Part shown: positions 63,740 through 64,000 of the stretch, in pieces
Layout of the letters: every line of letters starts with the position of its first letter
Numbering within the stretch: the stretch's first letter is position 1
Assembly: GCF_039654945.1 (NCBI RefSeq)
Contig: NW_027361679.1
Span: 22,072,001 to 22,136,000, forward strand
Origin: Dendrobates tinctorius
Taxonomy: Eukaryota
Length of the DNA: 64,000 nucleotides
Direction: 5' to 3'
Program-made: the position numbers and the translations under genes
The notes under the pieces: model-generated
What the model saw: only the letters and a program-made list of their open reading frames with translations
What the model was told of the DNA's origin: nothing
The model's database searches: none

Positions 63740-64000
63740 GGCTGAGTTCACACGTGGCGTTTTTTTTCTCGTTTCCGCGGCGGTTTTAACCGCGCAATTT
63801 TGCCACAAAAAGCGAAAAATAAGCATCCCATGGGTTTTATGGGATTCCGCAATGCTGTGTTAATGCTGCGGTTTTTACCGCAGCGGAATTACTTCGCGGT
63901 AAAAACCGCAGCATGCTCATTAATTTTGCGGAATCACGGCGATCCCGCACCCATAGGAATGCATTGTTCCGCTTACTTCCCGCATGTGGCTGTGCACACC
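63740..64000. mobile_element. PIF/Harbinger-like MITE (runs to the window edge)
   Basis: TAA|GGCTGAGTTCACACG terminus; CCGCGG/GCGG-rich palindromes. Confidence 0.55.

Noticed and set aside
1-64000. tRNA, rRNA or prokaryotic operons
   Set aside because: No cloverleaf or box A/B motifs, rRNA motifs or gene-dense organisation were seen.

Overview
This is AT-rich, repeat-dense vertebrate DNA, most likely an intron or intergenic region of an anuran (frog) genome. That assignment is inferred from the repeat landscape: T2/Kolobok-type TTAA MITEs, TAGTGATGAGCG hAT MITEs, CR1, L2, and a Tf1/sushi chromovirus. I recognise no host protein-coding gene; there are only two weak candidate small exons on the + strand (42128-42181 and 50466-50477). 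All long ORFs come from retroelements. The main elements are: a near full-length Ty3/Gypsy chromovirus (16039-21817, - strand, ~98% identical LTRs, 6-bp TSD, self-priming PBS) nested in a CR1 LINE; a solo LTR of the same family; a ~4-kb L2 LINE with a 2A-like NPGP motif nested in a T2 MITE; a non-autonomous Helitron filled with minisatellites; and many hAT, PIF/Harbinger, piggyBac-like and Tc1 derivatives. The most interesting signal is a set of non-coding insertions built as long TSD + inverted arms + short tail (657-2464 and 57046-59899). The 657-2464 element carries minimal hammerhead-ribozyme motifs, and related motifs occur at about 3.6 kb and 11.6-12.0 kb. Together these suggest a Penelope-like/retrozyme-type non-autonomous family. 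Other oddities are a perfect 76-bp inverted templated insertion and a local duplication that ends exactly at a hAT terminus. Coordinates and identities were read by eye.
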